Both the position numbers and the translations under genes were made by a program. Of a DNA stretch of 64,000 bases, positions 21,701 through 31,140 are shown in pieces (position 1 is the stretch's first letter; every line of letters starts with the position of its first letter). Below the pieces are notes generated by a model. The model was not told the DNA's origin and made no database searches. It saw only the letters and a list, made by a program, of their open reading frames with translations. The DNA comes from Phycisphaerae bacterium (lineage in GTDB: Bacteria; Planctomycetota; Phycisphaerae; UBA1845; Fen-1342), in assembly GCA_963675745.2 (NCBI GenBank), contig CAXXWX010000016.1, positions 160,001-224,000 on the forward strand, given 5' to 3'.

Positions 21701-22278
21701 TTCCAGGTGCGACGATCGCGTGAGTGCGGCGTGTATGCCAGCCACTGCCCATCGGCACTGACGGCTCCGCTGGCGCCGTATGGAACGGGCATCTTCTCGG
21801 GCAAGCCGCCGGTTGCAGGAACCGTGAACAGCTCCACCGCTCGTGGATAGGTGCCCATGCCCGACGCGTGGAAGATCAGTCGCCCATCGGGTGTCCAGTC
21901 GCAGAGCCGCTCACCTGCCGGGTGGTGCGTCACACGAAACGGCACGCCGCCCACGGCCGGGATGGTGTACAGATCCTGATTGCCGTCATAGTTCGCCCTG
22001 AAGGCAATCACGCTGCCGTCGGGGCTGAAGCGCGGATAGAGCTCAACGCCGGGCGGGCTCACCAGCGGAGTCGCCGAACCACCCGCGCGCGGCACGAGCC
22101 ATATATCGTTGGCGTAGCCGAAGGCGATGTGCGTGGCGCTGACGTCGGGGTGACGCAACATCTGCGCGTGGGGCTCGGTCGTGTCCCCCAGCGCCGTGCC
22201 GGCGAAGAGCGTTCCGAAACCAAGGGCCAACACGCCAACGGAAAGTCGCGTTACGGCCGAGGTGATCCATGCGGACAT
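18769..22278 (-). CDS. Tricorn protease homolog (peptidase S41) with PD40 propellers, PDZ and an acidic linker
   Basis: Signal peptide; WKRYRGGMATDIW; ELNVGHAY; DERWNGGG; GSGGDAF; GTRTWGG; IEGHGVDPD. Confidence 0.95.
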   Translation of the reverse strand: MSAWITSAVTRLSVGVLALGFGTLFAGTALGDTTEPHAQMLRHPDVSATHIAFGYANDIWLVPRAGGSATPLVSPPGVELYPRFSPDGSVIAFRANYDGNQDLYTIPAVGGVPFRVTHHPAGERLCDWTPDGRLIFHASGMGTYPRAVELFTVPATGGLPEKMPVPYGASGAVSADGQWLAYTPHSRDRRTWKRYRGGMATDIWLFHLAEHTSQKITDWEGTDTQPMWHGSKVYYLCDAGPAHRLNIWVYDTQTRQRHQVTKFADYDVKWPSIGPGPSGAGEIVLQQGADLHLLDLATEKLRKVSITIPGELPKVRQQVVDVSNAIRRANISPSGKRAVAEARGDIWTLPAEHGSPRSLTRTNGIHEREPEWSPDGRWIAYFSDQTGEYELYITQSDGKGETRQLTHDGTVFRTLISWSPNSEHILFGDRTGSLYLYTLETEEVKFVDKDPWSTLRQGSWSHDSSWIAYGKDGRNQVTSVWLYNLASGDKHQVTSGMFNDTWPTFDREGDYLFYVSARDFSGPLYEDAGRSFVYTNTNRLMVVPLRADMKSPFAPKSDEEEWDEADGEDDAEDADDADDGDGDDDADDEGDEAEDSGGGEDGADDAADDTADDEDPENAAADDSADDEEDKDGEDKDEESDEEAEEEEEPLEIDLDGFESRAIILPLDRGHFRSLAVNHKGHLLYTRSGRGPGVKTAIKIFDLEDEKREEKNVLADAGHFAITADGKMLLVHKSGKLAVIKAAAGQKMDKTVPTGGMRITIDPRAEWEQMFNEAWRIYRDYFYDPHMHGVDWPAVRALYGQMLADCVSRDDLAFLIREMISELNVGHAYYMHGDYESGPSVNVGMLGCDFELADGAYRIRKLYTGGPFDADARGPLSQPGVEAKVGDFLLAVNDIKLDPAEDPWAAFVGLANQVVTLTVADSPESEEPRDLVVKLLSSEDNLRYRAWVEANRRHVAESTAGKVGYIYVPDTGGGGQNELFRQFYGQIDKAALIIDERWNGGGQIPHRFVELLNRPVVNYWAQRDSYDAPSPGDAHQGPKCMLINGLAGSGGDAFPAYFRNAGLGKLIGTRTWGGLVGISGNPGLLDGTYLTVPRFAYYDLDGTWGIEGHGVDPDQEVVDDPALMVDGSDPQLEAAIGLMLDEIKRSPYTPPTRPAYPDRSGMGIPEADK

Positions 22279-22452
22279 GGCAACTCCTTGTGTGGCAAGC
22301 GGGTGTGATGCCTGGAATATGTGGTTCGTCGTGCGCCGCCGGATGCTACCGCGTCGCGCGTCAAGCGCGACAGGACCGGTTTAGCGCTGGATCTCCACCA
22401 TAGCGGCGTGGGGCAGCCGTTGCGATGGGTGTGGAGAGAATCCGACAATTAC

Positions 22453-25173
22453 CTACCGACGGCCGAGCAATGCTACAAACGAGTCTATGTCGCCGTTGTT
22501 TACGTCGCCGTCCAGATTGCAGTCGGCGAGGTCGCGGCTGCACTGCGGGTAGGCCGCCGCATAGCCCGCCGGCTCGGACAGCGCAAGCACGAATGCGTCG
22601 ATGTCGGCGTTGTTGAGCAAGCCGTCGCAATTGAGATCGCCATAGAGCAGTTCGCACTCGTCGGGGATGGCGTTGTCGTTCTCATCGTTGGAATAGGCCG
22701 GAGTCGCGACCAGCGACAACACTGTGTTGGGGTCAGCGCCGCCGGCTTGGTTATACGACCACTGCAGGCCGATCTCCCCGTCCCATTGATAGCCGATCGT
22801 GGCCGACGCCGCATGGTCCTGTTGTGGGAACTCGAAGTCGGTATCGGCGTAGAGCATCTGGGCGAAGACGTCATCCGCCGGCGACTCGTAGATCTGCACC
22901 TGGAACGTCACTTCGTCGCCATCGAGTATGGTATTACCGGGGAAATGCGGACGATTATGCCACTGAACCACGAACGCGCGCGTGGGTGCGCTGCCCAGTG
23001 TCGCCACGTATACGTTGCCGGTGTCTGAATCGAGATCGTCCCAGTATGGCAGGAGCGCTTGCGTGCCGGCAAACGCCGCCCCGCTGGGGATCTGGTAGTT
23101 CCAGCTTGTCAGATTGCCGGTGTCGCTGAACCCGACGCCGCCGTTGTTGTGAACGCGTGCGATACCGCTGGTAAACAAGGCGTTGGCGAAGGGTATATCG
23201 ACCGACGCGACGCCATTATCAGCCAGCCCAAGCGGCGTGCCGCTGGTCGAGATGTCCACCCAACCGAGTTGCTGGCCGCGGTCGTCAACCAGCACGACGC
23301 TCAGCAGCACGTCACACTCGTCGGGCACGCCGTTGCCGTTGCAATCGGGGCTGGTCTGTTCCGCAACGTCGCAAGCATCGGGCACACCGTTGCTGTTGCA
23401 ATCAGGGCTGGTGCCATCGGCGACATCACACTCGTCGGGCACGCCGTTGGTGTTGCAGTCCGGGCTCGTGCCGGCGCTGACGTCGCAGGCGTCAATCACA
23501 CCGTTGCCGTTGCAGTCCGGCGCACCGGCGGCGAGATCACAATCATCGGGCGTGCCGCTGCCGTCACAATCCTCTTCCCAGGCATCGGGTACGCCGTTGT
23601 TGTTGCAGTCCGGATCGTCCCAGAGCAACGGCCTGTTGTCGCCACCGCTGCCAATACCACCACCGTCATGCGGCAGATTGGTGTCACCCAGCCAGTCGCC
23701 GTCGGTATCGCTGCCGGTGTAATCGGACCAGTAGTTACCACCCAGATAGGGGAAGCCGAATATGTTGGGGCCGGGTGACTTGGCGATGTTCCAGGTGTTG
23801 GTGCCGTCATCGGACGCGTTTTGCAGCAGGCTGCGAAAGTAGTTGTTGTAGATGGTGTTACCTGAACTGCCGTTGAACGCCACACCGGTGTTGTTGTCGC
23901 GGAAGTAGTTGCCATCGACGGTCGAGCTGTCGGTTTGATAGAAGCGCACGCCGCGGCTGTTGCCGTCGATCCGGTTTCCGCTGATGGCATGGCCGTAGCT
24001 GTAGCGGTTGGCGTCGTACGCCTCACACAACACGCCGTTGCTGTTGCCGATGAGCGTGTTGTCGCGCACGGTTGTCTCGAACGTGTCTTTCAACTCGGGG
24101 TAAACCGCCACCAGGCTGCTGTCCTGGTCGGTCCAGAGCCAGATAGCCTGGCTGCAGTTGGTGAAGGTGTTGCCCTCGATGAGGTTGTTGTTTCCGTGCT
24201 CGATCGCCACGCCGGCGGTCACGCAATCACTTGCCGAGTTGCCGCGCACCTCGCTGAAGGACGAGTAGCCGAGCCAGTAGCCGTAGTTGCACCCATCGGT
24301 GACATTATTCTCGAACACGTTGTATTGGCTAAAGGTCGCCTCGAAACCGTTGTTGGGACTATCGGAGCAATCGTTGCCCGCGAAGTAGTTGTGGTTGTTC
24401 GGACGGCGATCGAGCGAGTGAGTAGCGCCCGCGAGAAACACCCCGTCGCCACCGCCGATCAGGTGGTTGCTGAGCACATCGTTGTAATCGGATCCATAGA
24501 CCATGAGCAGCGATGCGGCGTCGGCTCCGCTCCAGCCATAGTAATCACGCGTGCAGTAGTTGGCGGTGTTGTGACTGATGACCGAGTTGTCAGTGTTCCA
24601 GAGCGTGATCCCCCAACCGCTGTTGTCCGACGCCTGGTTGTAGGACACCAGTGCTTCGGTGCAATCAAAAAGGCTGATGCCGTTCTGCTGATTGGTAACG
24701 TCGTTGTAGTTGATCGTCGCGCGGTCACACCAGCGCAGCCAGATCGCGTGGGCATATGTTCCGTCGGCGCCGTCAAAGATGTTCAGGAAGATGCTGCCTT
24801 CGGGCAACTCGGGCGTGTCCCACACATTGCAGTTGAAGATCGTCAGGTCATCACAATCATAGAAATGCATGCCGTGATCGTAATGCCGCACGGTCAGGAA
24901 CTGCACGACGACGTTGTCTCGGCCGCTGGCGTAGACGCCGTTGCCGACGTCATCGCCGACGATGATCGTCCCGTCACCCGCCACGGTCACATCATCGGCC
25001 GCGATAGTGACGCCGTTGGGAAGGTAATAGGACCCCGCGCAGAAGGTCGTATCCTCGGTGATCACCATCCCGTCGAAAGGCAAGACACACTCAGCGGCCG
25101 CGGGCGCCATGAGCGTCGCGGCTGACAGGCACAGTGCAATGGCGCACTCCACGCCGCGAGAACTCGTAACCAC
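22453..25173 (-). CDS. Secreted right-handed beta-helix (NosD/PbH1) protein with Cys-rich DCNxNG repeats and a dockerin-like C-terminus
   Basis: Parallel beta-helix repeats, GGNYWSDY, 4-6 x DCNGNGVPDECD, terminal GDLNCDG..ADCNLDG. Confidence 0.85.
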   Translation of the reverse strand: MVTSSRGVECAIALCLSAATLMAPAAAECVLPFDGMVITEDTTFCAGSYYLPNGVTIAADDVTVAGDGTIIVGDDVGNGVYASGRDNVVVQFLTVRHYDHGMHFYDCDDLTIFNCNVWDTPELPEGSIFLNIFDGADGTYAHAIWLRWCDRATINYNDVTNQQNGISLFDCTEALVSYNQASDNSGWGITLWNTDNSVISHNTANYCTRDYYGWSGADAASLLMVYGSDYNDVLSNHLIGGGDGVFLAGATHSLDRRPNNHNYFAGNDCSDSPNNGFEATFSQYNVFENNVTDGCNYGYWLGYSSFSEVRGNSASDCVTAGVAIEHGNNNLIEGNTFTNCSQAIWLWTDQDSSLVAVYPELKDTFETTVRDNTLIGNSNGVLCEAYDANRYSYGHAISGNRIDGNSRGVRFYQTDSSTVDGNYFRDNNTGVAFNGSSGNTIYNNYFRSLLQNASDDGTNTWNIAKSPGPNIFGFPYLGGNYWSDYTGSDTDGDWLGDTNLPHDGGGIGSGGDNRPLLWDDPDCNNNGVPDAWEEDCDGSGTPDDCDLAAGAPDCNGNGVIDACDVSAGTSPDCNTNGVPDECDVADGTSPDCNSNGVPDACDVAEQTSPDCNGNGVPDECDVLLSVVLVDDRGQQLGWVDISTSGTPLGLADNGVASVDIPFANALFTSGIARVHNNGGVGFSDTGNLTSWNYQIPSGAAFAGTQALLPYWDDLDSDTGNVYVATLGSAPTRAFVVQWHNRPHFPGNTILDGDEVTFQVQIYESPADDVFAQMLYADTDFEFPQQDHAASATIGYQWDGEIGLQWSYNQAGGADPNTVLSLVATPAYSNDENDNAIPDECELLYGDLNCDGLLNNADIDAFVLALSEPAGYAAAYPQCSRDLADCNLDGDVNNGDIDSFVALLGRR

Positions 25174-25518
25174 ACCAACGCTCCTTGCCCACCGGCCCAG
25201 TTGGCCGCCACTACGGCCGGCACCTGAACCCGTTCATCTTCTTTCGATAGTAACGACATGCCTGCGAGCGTTCAACGATATTGACGCCTTATGAACCCCC
25301 GACTTGTGCCAAGACAGCGGCATGCGCAGCGCTTTCTACAGACGTACGCTACGCGCGCACAACGCTGTAGCGGCCTGCGCCTCGCAGGCCGTCGGCGCCA
25401 GACAACGTCCCCGCCGTCCGGCAGCCGGCAAGGCGCTGGCCGGTGCGCTCCACCCAGAGCCGTCACGCGATTGACGCTCCGTTAGATGAGACGGCACTCA
25501 GTGCTGATCGGCCGCGCT

Positions 25519-25893
25519 CTAGCCGAGCTTCTGCTTCAGAATCGTCAACAGCATGTTGCTGTCGAGCGGCTTCTGAAAAACGCCCGTTAAGCCCAACTCC
25601 TTGTAATCCACGGAGAGGTTCAGGTTGTCGCCCGCCGAGCTCAGCAGGTACACCGGCACCGTCTCGCCAAGCACCTTCAGCTCCTTGACGAACAGCGTGC
25701 CGGCGTCGACCTCTTCCATCATCAGGTCGACGATTACCAGGTCGGGATTGTGCTCCTTGAAGACGCGCAACCCTTCCTCGGCGGTCGGCGCTTCAACGCA
25801 GACATACCCGTTGCTCTCCAGCACAACCTTCATCGAATAGCGAATGTCCTGATCATCATCAACAACCAGGATTACGTGTTTTCCGTCTTGCAT
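25519..25893 (-). CDS. Single-domain response regulator (REC)
   Basis: ILVVDDD, IVDLMME, QKP; last gene of the hox operon. Confidence 0.9.
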   Translation of the reverse strand: MQDGKHVILVVDDDQDIRYSMKVVLESNGYVCVEAPTAEEGLRVFKEHNPDLVIVDLMMEEVDAGTLFVKELKVLGETVPVYLLSSAGDNLNLSVDYKELGLTGVFQKPLDSNMLLTILKQKLG

Positions 25894-26417
25894 ATCATGT
25901 CCCCGTCGGAGGCTCGCGCCTCGCCGGACGACCCGCGTTCGTATCGGGTCGCGGTTTCTTCGAAAGTACCTTCCCGTAACACCGCCGTGAGCAGCGTGAC
26001 GGCCGCTCGCAGGTTCTGTTCGGCGCGCGGGCTCAATCGCTGACCGTACTCGTTGAACTCATAGCCGCGGATTCCCAGCAGGTAGCCGGGCACGCGGCGT
26101 TCAAACAGGTCTTCCGCAAGCCCGAGCACCGCCTCCGGCCTGACGCTGTGTGAGCTGAAGCTCAGCGCCGTGCGCGGCTGGATGCGCTCAAAAAAGCACG
26201 GTGCGGGACCGGTCTCCGCCGCGTCGGCAAACACGACCACATCGTGCTCGGCCACGGCGGCGGCATCTTCAACCGACAACTGGTAGTCAGCATCCACGGT
26301 CACGCCCGTCAGCGCGAGCTTCTCGATTTCGGCGGCCAGCGCTGGTCCCAGGCCGTCATCCAGACGACCGGGATTACCGAAGCCAACCAGCAAAACACGA
26401 AGCGGCTCGCGCGCCAT
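25872..26417 (-). CDS. hoxW: Hydrogenase maturation protease (HoxW/HyaD-like)
   Basis: GFGNPGRLDDGLG, VFADA, SSH; immediately after the large subunit. Confidence 0.85.
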   Translation of the reverse strand: MAREPLRVLLVGFGNPGRLDDGLGPALAAEIEKLALTGVTVDADYQLSVEDAAAVAEHDVVVFADAAETGPAPCFFERIQPRTALSFSSHSVRPEAVLGLAEDLFERRVPGYLLGIRGYEFNEYGQRLSPRAEQNLRAAVTLLTAVLREGTFEETATRYERGSSGEARASDGDMICKTENT

Positions 26418-26425
26418 CAGATCAC

Positions 26426-27868
26426 CTAGCGGCCACGACTGTCAATCACGTTACCTTCGCAATCCACGAGCTCGACAACCAGCGGCATCTGGCCCAACGC
26501 GTGCGTGGCACACGAAAGGCACGGGTCATAGGCCCGGATGGCCACCTCGATGTGGTTGAGCAACGGCTCAGTCACCTCGTTACCGCTCAAGTACCGCTTG
26601 GCGATGCTCTCCACCGCGCGATTCATCGGCTCGTTGTTGTTGGTCGTCGAGACGATCAGGTTGGCCATTACGACCTGGTCGTTCTTGTCGACCTTGTAGT
26701 GATGGAACAGCGTGCCGCGCGGGGCCTCGAGCAGGCCGACGGCCTCTTCACGCCGCTCGCCGGTAACCACCAGGTCAGTGCCCTGCAAGTCCTTGTCGTT
26801 CAGCAGATCGCGGATCTTCTCGACCGCGTGCAACAGCTCGATCATGCGCGCCCAGTGATACGCCAGCGACAGCCCGTTGGGCTTGTTGTCGGTGACGGCC
26901 ATGAACTCCTTGCGCCCCGCCTCGGCTTCGGGCGTATCGATGAAATCGCAGGCGTTGACGCGCGCCAGCGGGCCCACGCGATACCAGCCGTTCTCGGGGC
27001 CGAGTTTCTTCAGGAAGGGGAACTTCATGTACGACCACGGACGCACCTCCTCACGCACGTGCTGGAGGTAGTCCTGGTAATCGACCTGGTCGATGATCTT
27101 GCAGCCGTCGGCGTCGACAACGCGCAGGTTGCCGTGGTACAGGTCCATGGCGCCGTCATCACGAATCAGGCACATGTGGTTTGACGGAAAGGCAGCGAAG
27201 TCCATCGCCAAGTTGAGGTGCTCGACGGTGTAGTCCTTGGCGATCTTGAGCGCCGCGCGCGCCCACTCGATCATCTGGTCAAGGTCCTTCAACAGCGCGT
27301 CACGCTCGGCGATTGACAGGTTCTTGTTCACGCCGCCCGGGATGGCCCCGGTGCCGTGGATTTTCTTGCCGGCGGTGGCCTTGATGATCTCCTGCCCATA
27401 CTTGCGCATCATCACGCCTTGCACCGCCAGGTCAGGGTGCTTTTCGATCACGCCGACGACGTTGCGGACCGCCACGTCGGCATCAAAGCCGAACAGCAGG
27501 TCTGGCGAGCAGAGATGGAAAAAGTGCAGCGCGTGCGATTGCAACGTCTGCCCGTAGTGCATCAGGCGGCGCACCTTCTCAGCCGTCGGCGTGAGCTTCT
27601 CGCCGCCGACAATACGGTCCATGGCCTTGGCGGCCGCCAGGTGATGGCTCACCGGACAGATTCCGCACAGGCGCTGGACCAGCACGGGCACTTCCCAGAA
27701 GGGACGGCCCTGGATGAACCGCTCAAACCCGCGAAACTCGACGATGTGCAGACGCGCCTGGCGCACCTGGTTCTTCTCGTCCAGCAGCACGGTGACTTTG
27801 CCGTGCCCTTCGACGCGGGTGACCGGCTCAATGACGACTCGTTTGAGTCCGTTCGTAGCTGTAACCAC
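26426..27868 (-). CDS. hoxH: [NiFe]-hydrogenase large subunit, group 3d-type
   Basis: PVTRVEGH, L1 RLCGICPVSH, EAPRG, L2 DPCLSCATH plus cleavable tail. Confidence 0.95.
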   Translation of the reverse strand: MVTATNGLKRVVIEPVTRVEGHGKVTVLLDEKNQVRQARLHIVEFRGFERFIQGRPFWEVPVLVQRLCGICPVSHHLAAAKAMDRIVGGEKLTPTAEKVRRLMHYGQTLQSHALHFFHLCSPDLLFGFDADVAVRNVVGVIEKHPDLAVQGVMMRKYGQEIIKATAGKKIHGTGAIPGGVNKNLSIAERDALLKDLDQMIEWARAALKIAKDYTVEHLNLAMDFAAFPSNHMCLIRDDGAMDLYHGNLRVVDADGCKIIDQVDYQDYLQHVREEVRPWSYMKFPFLKKLGPENGWYRVGPLARVNACDFIDTPEAEAGRKEFMAVTDNKPNGLSLAYHWARMIELLHAVEKIRDLLNDKDLQGTDLVVTGERREEAVGLLEAPRGTLFHHYKVDKNDQVVMANLIVSTTNNNEPMNRAVESIAKRYLSGNEVTEPLLNHIEVAIRAYDPCLSCATHALGQMPLVVELVDCEGNVIDSRGR

Positions 27869-27889
27869 TATCTATATCCTCCAGTCCGA

Positions 27890-28435
27890 TCAGTCGTACT
27901 TGATGAGCTGGTACGGAAGCTCGATGGGTTTGTCCGTCAGCAGCGCCACGAGCGTCTCCCAGATGGCATCCGCCGGCGGCGGGCATCCGGGAAGGTGATA
28001 GTCAATCTTCACCACCTCATGGCACGGGTAGACCTGTTTCAGCAGCAGCGGCAGCTCCGCATCATTGGGAATCTCCCGCGCCGGGTTGTACACGCTCGGC
28101 CCGTTGAGGTAGGCCTCGTCGTAGCACTCCTGAAGCGGGATGTTGTTGCGCATCGCGGGAATCCCGCCCATCGTGGCGCAGTCACCGAGTGAAATCAGAA
28201 CGTCGCAGTTCCTGCGAAAGTCCCGCAGCACCTCCACGTTCTCCTCGTTACAGCAGCCGCCTTCGACCAGTCCGACCGCGCAGCGCTCGCTGAACTTCTT
28301 GATGTCGGTTACCGGAGACTTGTGGAAGTCTATCAGCTCGACCAGTTTCAGAATCCGCTCGTCGATATCGAGGATCGCCATGTGGCAACCGAAGCAGCCG
28401 GCAAGCGACGTCGTTGCTACCTTGGGTTTGGCCAT
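27890..28435 (-). CDS. hoxY: [NiFe]-hydrogenase small subunit (short form)
   Basis: GCFGCH, VEGG, GDCA..GG, PGCPP; 181 aa. Confidence 0.93.
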   Translation of the reverse strand: MAKPKVATTSLAGCFGCHMAILDIDERILKLVELIDFHKSPVTDIKKFSERCAVGLVEGGCCNEENVEVLRDFRRNCDVLISLGDCATMGGIPAMRNNIPLQECYDEAYLNGPSVYNPAREIPNDAELPLLLKQVYPCHEVVKIDYHLPGCPPPADAIWETLVALLTDKPIELPYQLIKYD

Positions 28436-28454
28436 ACTATCTCACTCCCTTCTG

Positions 28455-29165
28455 CTATTTCGCCGCCGGGGCTTCGATGTCCGAACCAATCGGCTTCTCG
28501 TCGTACAGACGCTGTCCGATTGGGACGGCGTATCCGGTGCGTTTCTTCAGCAGCGCCCCGACCGGGCAGGCCTCGACCGCCTGGTCGGCTACATTGATAT
28601 TCGTGTCCGCCAGCTTGGCGTCAGAATTGACGGCGATCCGCTTTTCCGGGCCGCGCCCGACAAACTGGAAGACGTTCTTGCCGTCGACATCGCGCGAAGT
28701 GCGGATGCAGCGCGCGCACAGGATACAACGGTTGCGGTCGATCAGAATGTCCGGGTGCGAAGCATCAACCTCGCGCTTCGGATACATGTAGGGATACTTC
28801 GGCGCGGTTATGCCAAAGCGGTAGGCCAGCGCCTGAAGCTCGCAGTTGCCGCTCTTCTCGCAATACATGCAGTAGTGATTGCCCTCGACGAAGAGCATCT
28901 CGATCAGGTTGCGGCGTAGATTCGTGAGGCGCTCGGTGTTGTTTTCCACGATCATCCCGGGGCCGATCGGCTGCGTACACGCCGTCTGCGGTCGGCCGTT
29001 GACCATCACCATGCACACCCGGCAACTGCCGAACGGTGAGAGCCCCTTGTAGGCGCACAAACGCGGGATATAAACCCCGGCGTCATCGGCGGCTTCCATG
29101 ATCGTCTGCCCGGGCCGGCCAGAGATTTCGACGCCGTCGATGGTGAATGTAATCGTATCGCTCAT
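28455..29165 (-). CDS. hoxU: Diaphorase Fe-S subunit
   Basis: IPRLC, GSCRVC, HYCMYC..C, RCILCARC (NuoG N-terminal-like). Confidence 0.93.
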   Translation of the reverse strand: MSDTITFTIDGVEISGRPGQTIMEAADDAGVYIPRLCAYKGLSPFGSCRVCMVMVNGRPQTACTQPIGPGMIVENNTERLTNLRRNLIEMLFVEGNHYCMYCEKSGNCELQALAYRFGITAPKYPYMYPKREVDASHPDILIDRNRCILCARCIRTSRDVDGKNVFQFVGRGPEKRIAVNSDAKLADTNINVADQAVEACPVGALLKKRTGYAVPIGQRLYDEKPIGSDIEAPAAK

Positions 29166-29182
29166 ATCACATCCCTTCCGTA

Positions 29183-30997
29183 TCAGTGGGCATGAATCGA
29201 CTTGCGGCCCGTAATCTCTTCAGCGTCCGCCACCGCCGCGCCCAGGTCGAACGACGGCTGGAGCCCCTCGTCATCATCCTTGACCAGCGCGTTGTACACG
29301 AGGCGGAAGCTCTTCAGCGTCGTCAGAATCGGGTTCGGCGACGTCTGCCCCAGCCCGCACCGGCTCATTGTCTTCACGGTTTCCGCAAGCTCCTGCAGAT
29401 AGTCCAGATCCGACGGCACACCACGCCCCTCGAGGATTCTCACCAGGCGCTCCTTCAACAGCACATTACCGACACGACACGGGGTGCAATAGCCGCAGCT
29501 CTCCTCGATGAAGAACTCCATGAAGTGCTTGACGATGTCGAGGATGTTGCGCTGGGGGCCGAAGACCATGAACGCCCCGCCCGTGGCAAGGTCGTCGAAG
29601 CAGATCTTGCGTTCAAAGCCATCCGGGGCAACCATCGTGCCGCTGGCCCCGCCGACCTGCACCGCGATCGCATCCTCGCCGCCGGCGAGCTTCAATACTT
29701 CACGAACCGTGACGCCAAACGGGAGCTCGTATACGCCGGGCCGCCGGCAATCACCAGAGACGCTCAGCAGCTTGGTGCCCGTGCTGCCTTGCGAACCGAA
29801 CTCGCAAAACGCGGCCGGTCCGTTTTCCAGGATCTTGGTCACCGCGCACAACGTCTCAACGTTGTTGACCACTGTCGGACAACCCAGATAGCCCTTCTGC
29901 GCCGGGAACGGCGGGCGGTTCTTCGGATCGCCGCGCAAACCCTCGCACGAGCTGATCAGCGCGGTCTCCTCGCCGCAGACATATGCTCCGGCCCCCATCT
30001 GAATGCGAATGTCGAAATCAAAACCCTCTTTGCCGCACACTGATTTTCCGAGCAGCCCCGCCTCGCGACGTTGCTGGATAATGTGCTCGAGGTAAACGCG
30101 CAGGTATGCATACTCGGCGCGCAGGTAGACGATGCCCGTGTCCGCGCCGATCGCATAACCAGCGATCGTCATGCCGGCCAGAACTCGGTCGGGGCGTTCC
30201 GTCAGAATCACGCGATCCTTGAACGTCCCGGGCTCGCCTTCGTCCGCGTTGCAGAGCACGTAGCGCTGGCGACCTTCAGCCGCGCGACAGAACTCCCACT
30301 TCATACCGGTTGGGAACCCTGCCCCGCCACGGCCGCGCAGCCGCGCTGCCTTCACCGCGCGGATGACCTCCTTCGGGCTCATACCCACGGCCTTGCCGAT
30401 CGCGGCGCCGGGGTTGATCGGGCTGAAGATCAATGGCACCTCGGTGCGCAGGTTGTTGCGCACCATTGAATTGACCAGGTCGTGAGCGTTGTTGCCGTCG
30501 CCGAATTCGGTGACCAGCTTGTACGGGTCGCCGTGCTCGCGGAGCTGGGCCACAATATCCCTGGCACGGTCGCTGGACAGCCGCGTGACCGGCACGTCGT
30601 TGACCAGCGCCGCCGGCGCCTGGTCGCACAGCCCGATGCAGGGCGCCTCTTCCAGCGTGATCTTGCCGTCCTCGGTGGTTTGCCCCACCTTGATGCCCAG
30701 CTCATCCTCGAACACTCTGCGAATTCGGGCGGCGCCGTGCATGCGATCGATTATGTCGTTGCACAAGCGAATCACGACGTGGCCCTTCTTACGATCCGAG
30801 AGGTAGGAGTAGAAAGAGACCACGCTTTCCACCTCCACTCGGTGCGTGTTGACGGTCCGCGCGATCAGCGACATTGCGTCGCCGCTCACGCAGCCGAATT
30901 CGCCTTGCACCGCGCGGACGATATCCATCATCCGCGCGCGGTCGTTGTTAAACGCCGCGCAAATCGCTTTGACCGATCTTTCCAGACTCTTGCTCAT
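29183..30997 (-). CDS. hoxF: NAD(H) diaphorase subunit with NuoE-like N-terminus fused to NuoF
   Basis: GRGGAGFPTG, NADEGEPGTFKDR, GAGAYVCGEETAL, ESCGYCTPCR..C. Confidence 0.93.
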   Translation of the reverse strand: MSKSLERSVKAICAAFNNDRARMMDIVRAVQGEFGCVSGDAMSLIARTVNTHRVEVESVVSFYSYLSDRKKGHVVIRLCNDIIDRMHGAARIRRVFEDELGIKVGQTTEDGKITLEEAPCIGLCDQAPAALVNDVPVTRLSSDRARDIVAQLREHGDPYKLVTEFGDGNNAHDLVNSMVRNNLRTEVPLIFSPINPGAAIGKAVGMSPKEVIRAVKAARLRGRGGAGFPTGMKWEFCRAAEGRQRYVLCNADEGEPGTFKDRVILTERPDRVLAGMTIAGYAIGADTGIVYLRAEYAYLRVYLEHIIQQRREAGLLGKSVCGKEGFDFDIRIQMGAGAYVCGEETALISSCEGLRGDPKNRPPFPAQKGYLGCPTVVNNVETLCAVTKILENGPAAFCEFGSQGSTGTKLLSVSGDCRRPGVYELPFGVTVREVLKLAGGEDAIAVQVGGASGTMVAPDGFERKICFDDLATGGAFMVFGPQRNILDIVKHFMEFFIEESCGYCTPCRVGNVLLKERLVRILEGRGVPSDLDYLQELAETVKTMSRCGLGQTSPNPILTTLKSFRLVYNALVKDDDEGLQPSFDLGAAVADAEEITGRKSIHAH

Positions 30998-31140
30998 CAG
31001 CGTCCTCGCTCAATCTGTGAGCCCAATTACGCCCCCGACTTACGCCGACACCGGCTCGCCAATGTGTCGGAGTGTCGCTCCCTGTCTGGCAGTCGCACGG
31101 GCGCCCTGCGTCCCGTGCCGAACTGCCCCGCGTCTGTGCG

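Noticed and set aside
23300..23620. Tandem ~57-bp DNA repeats
   Set aside because: Explained by coding DCNxNGVPDxCD protein repeats.
26426..27868. Selenocysteine ([NiFeSe]) hydrogenase
   Set aside because: No in-frame TGA; the C-terminal motif is DPCLSC.
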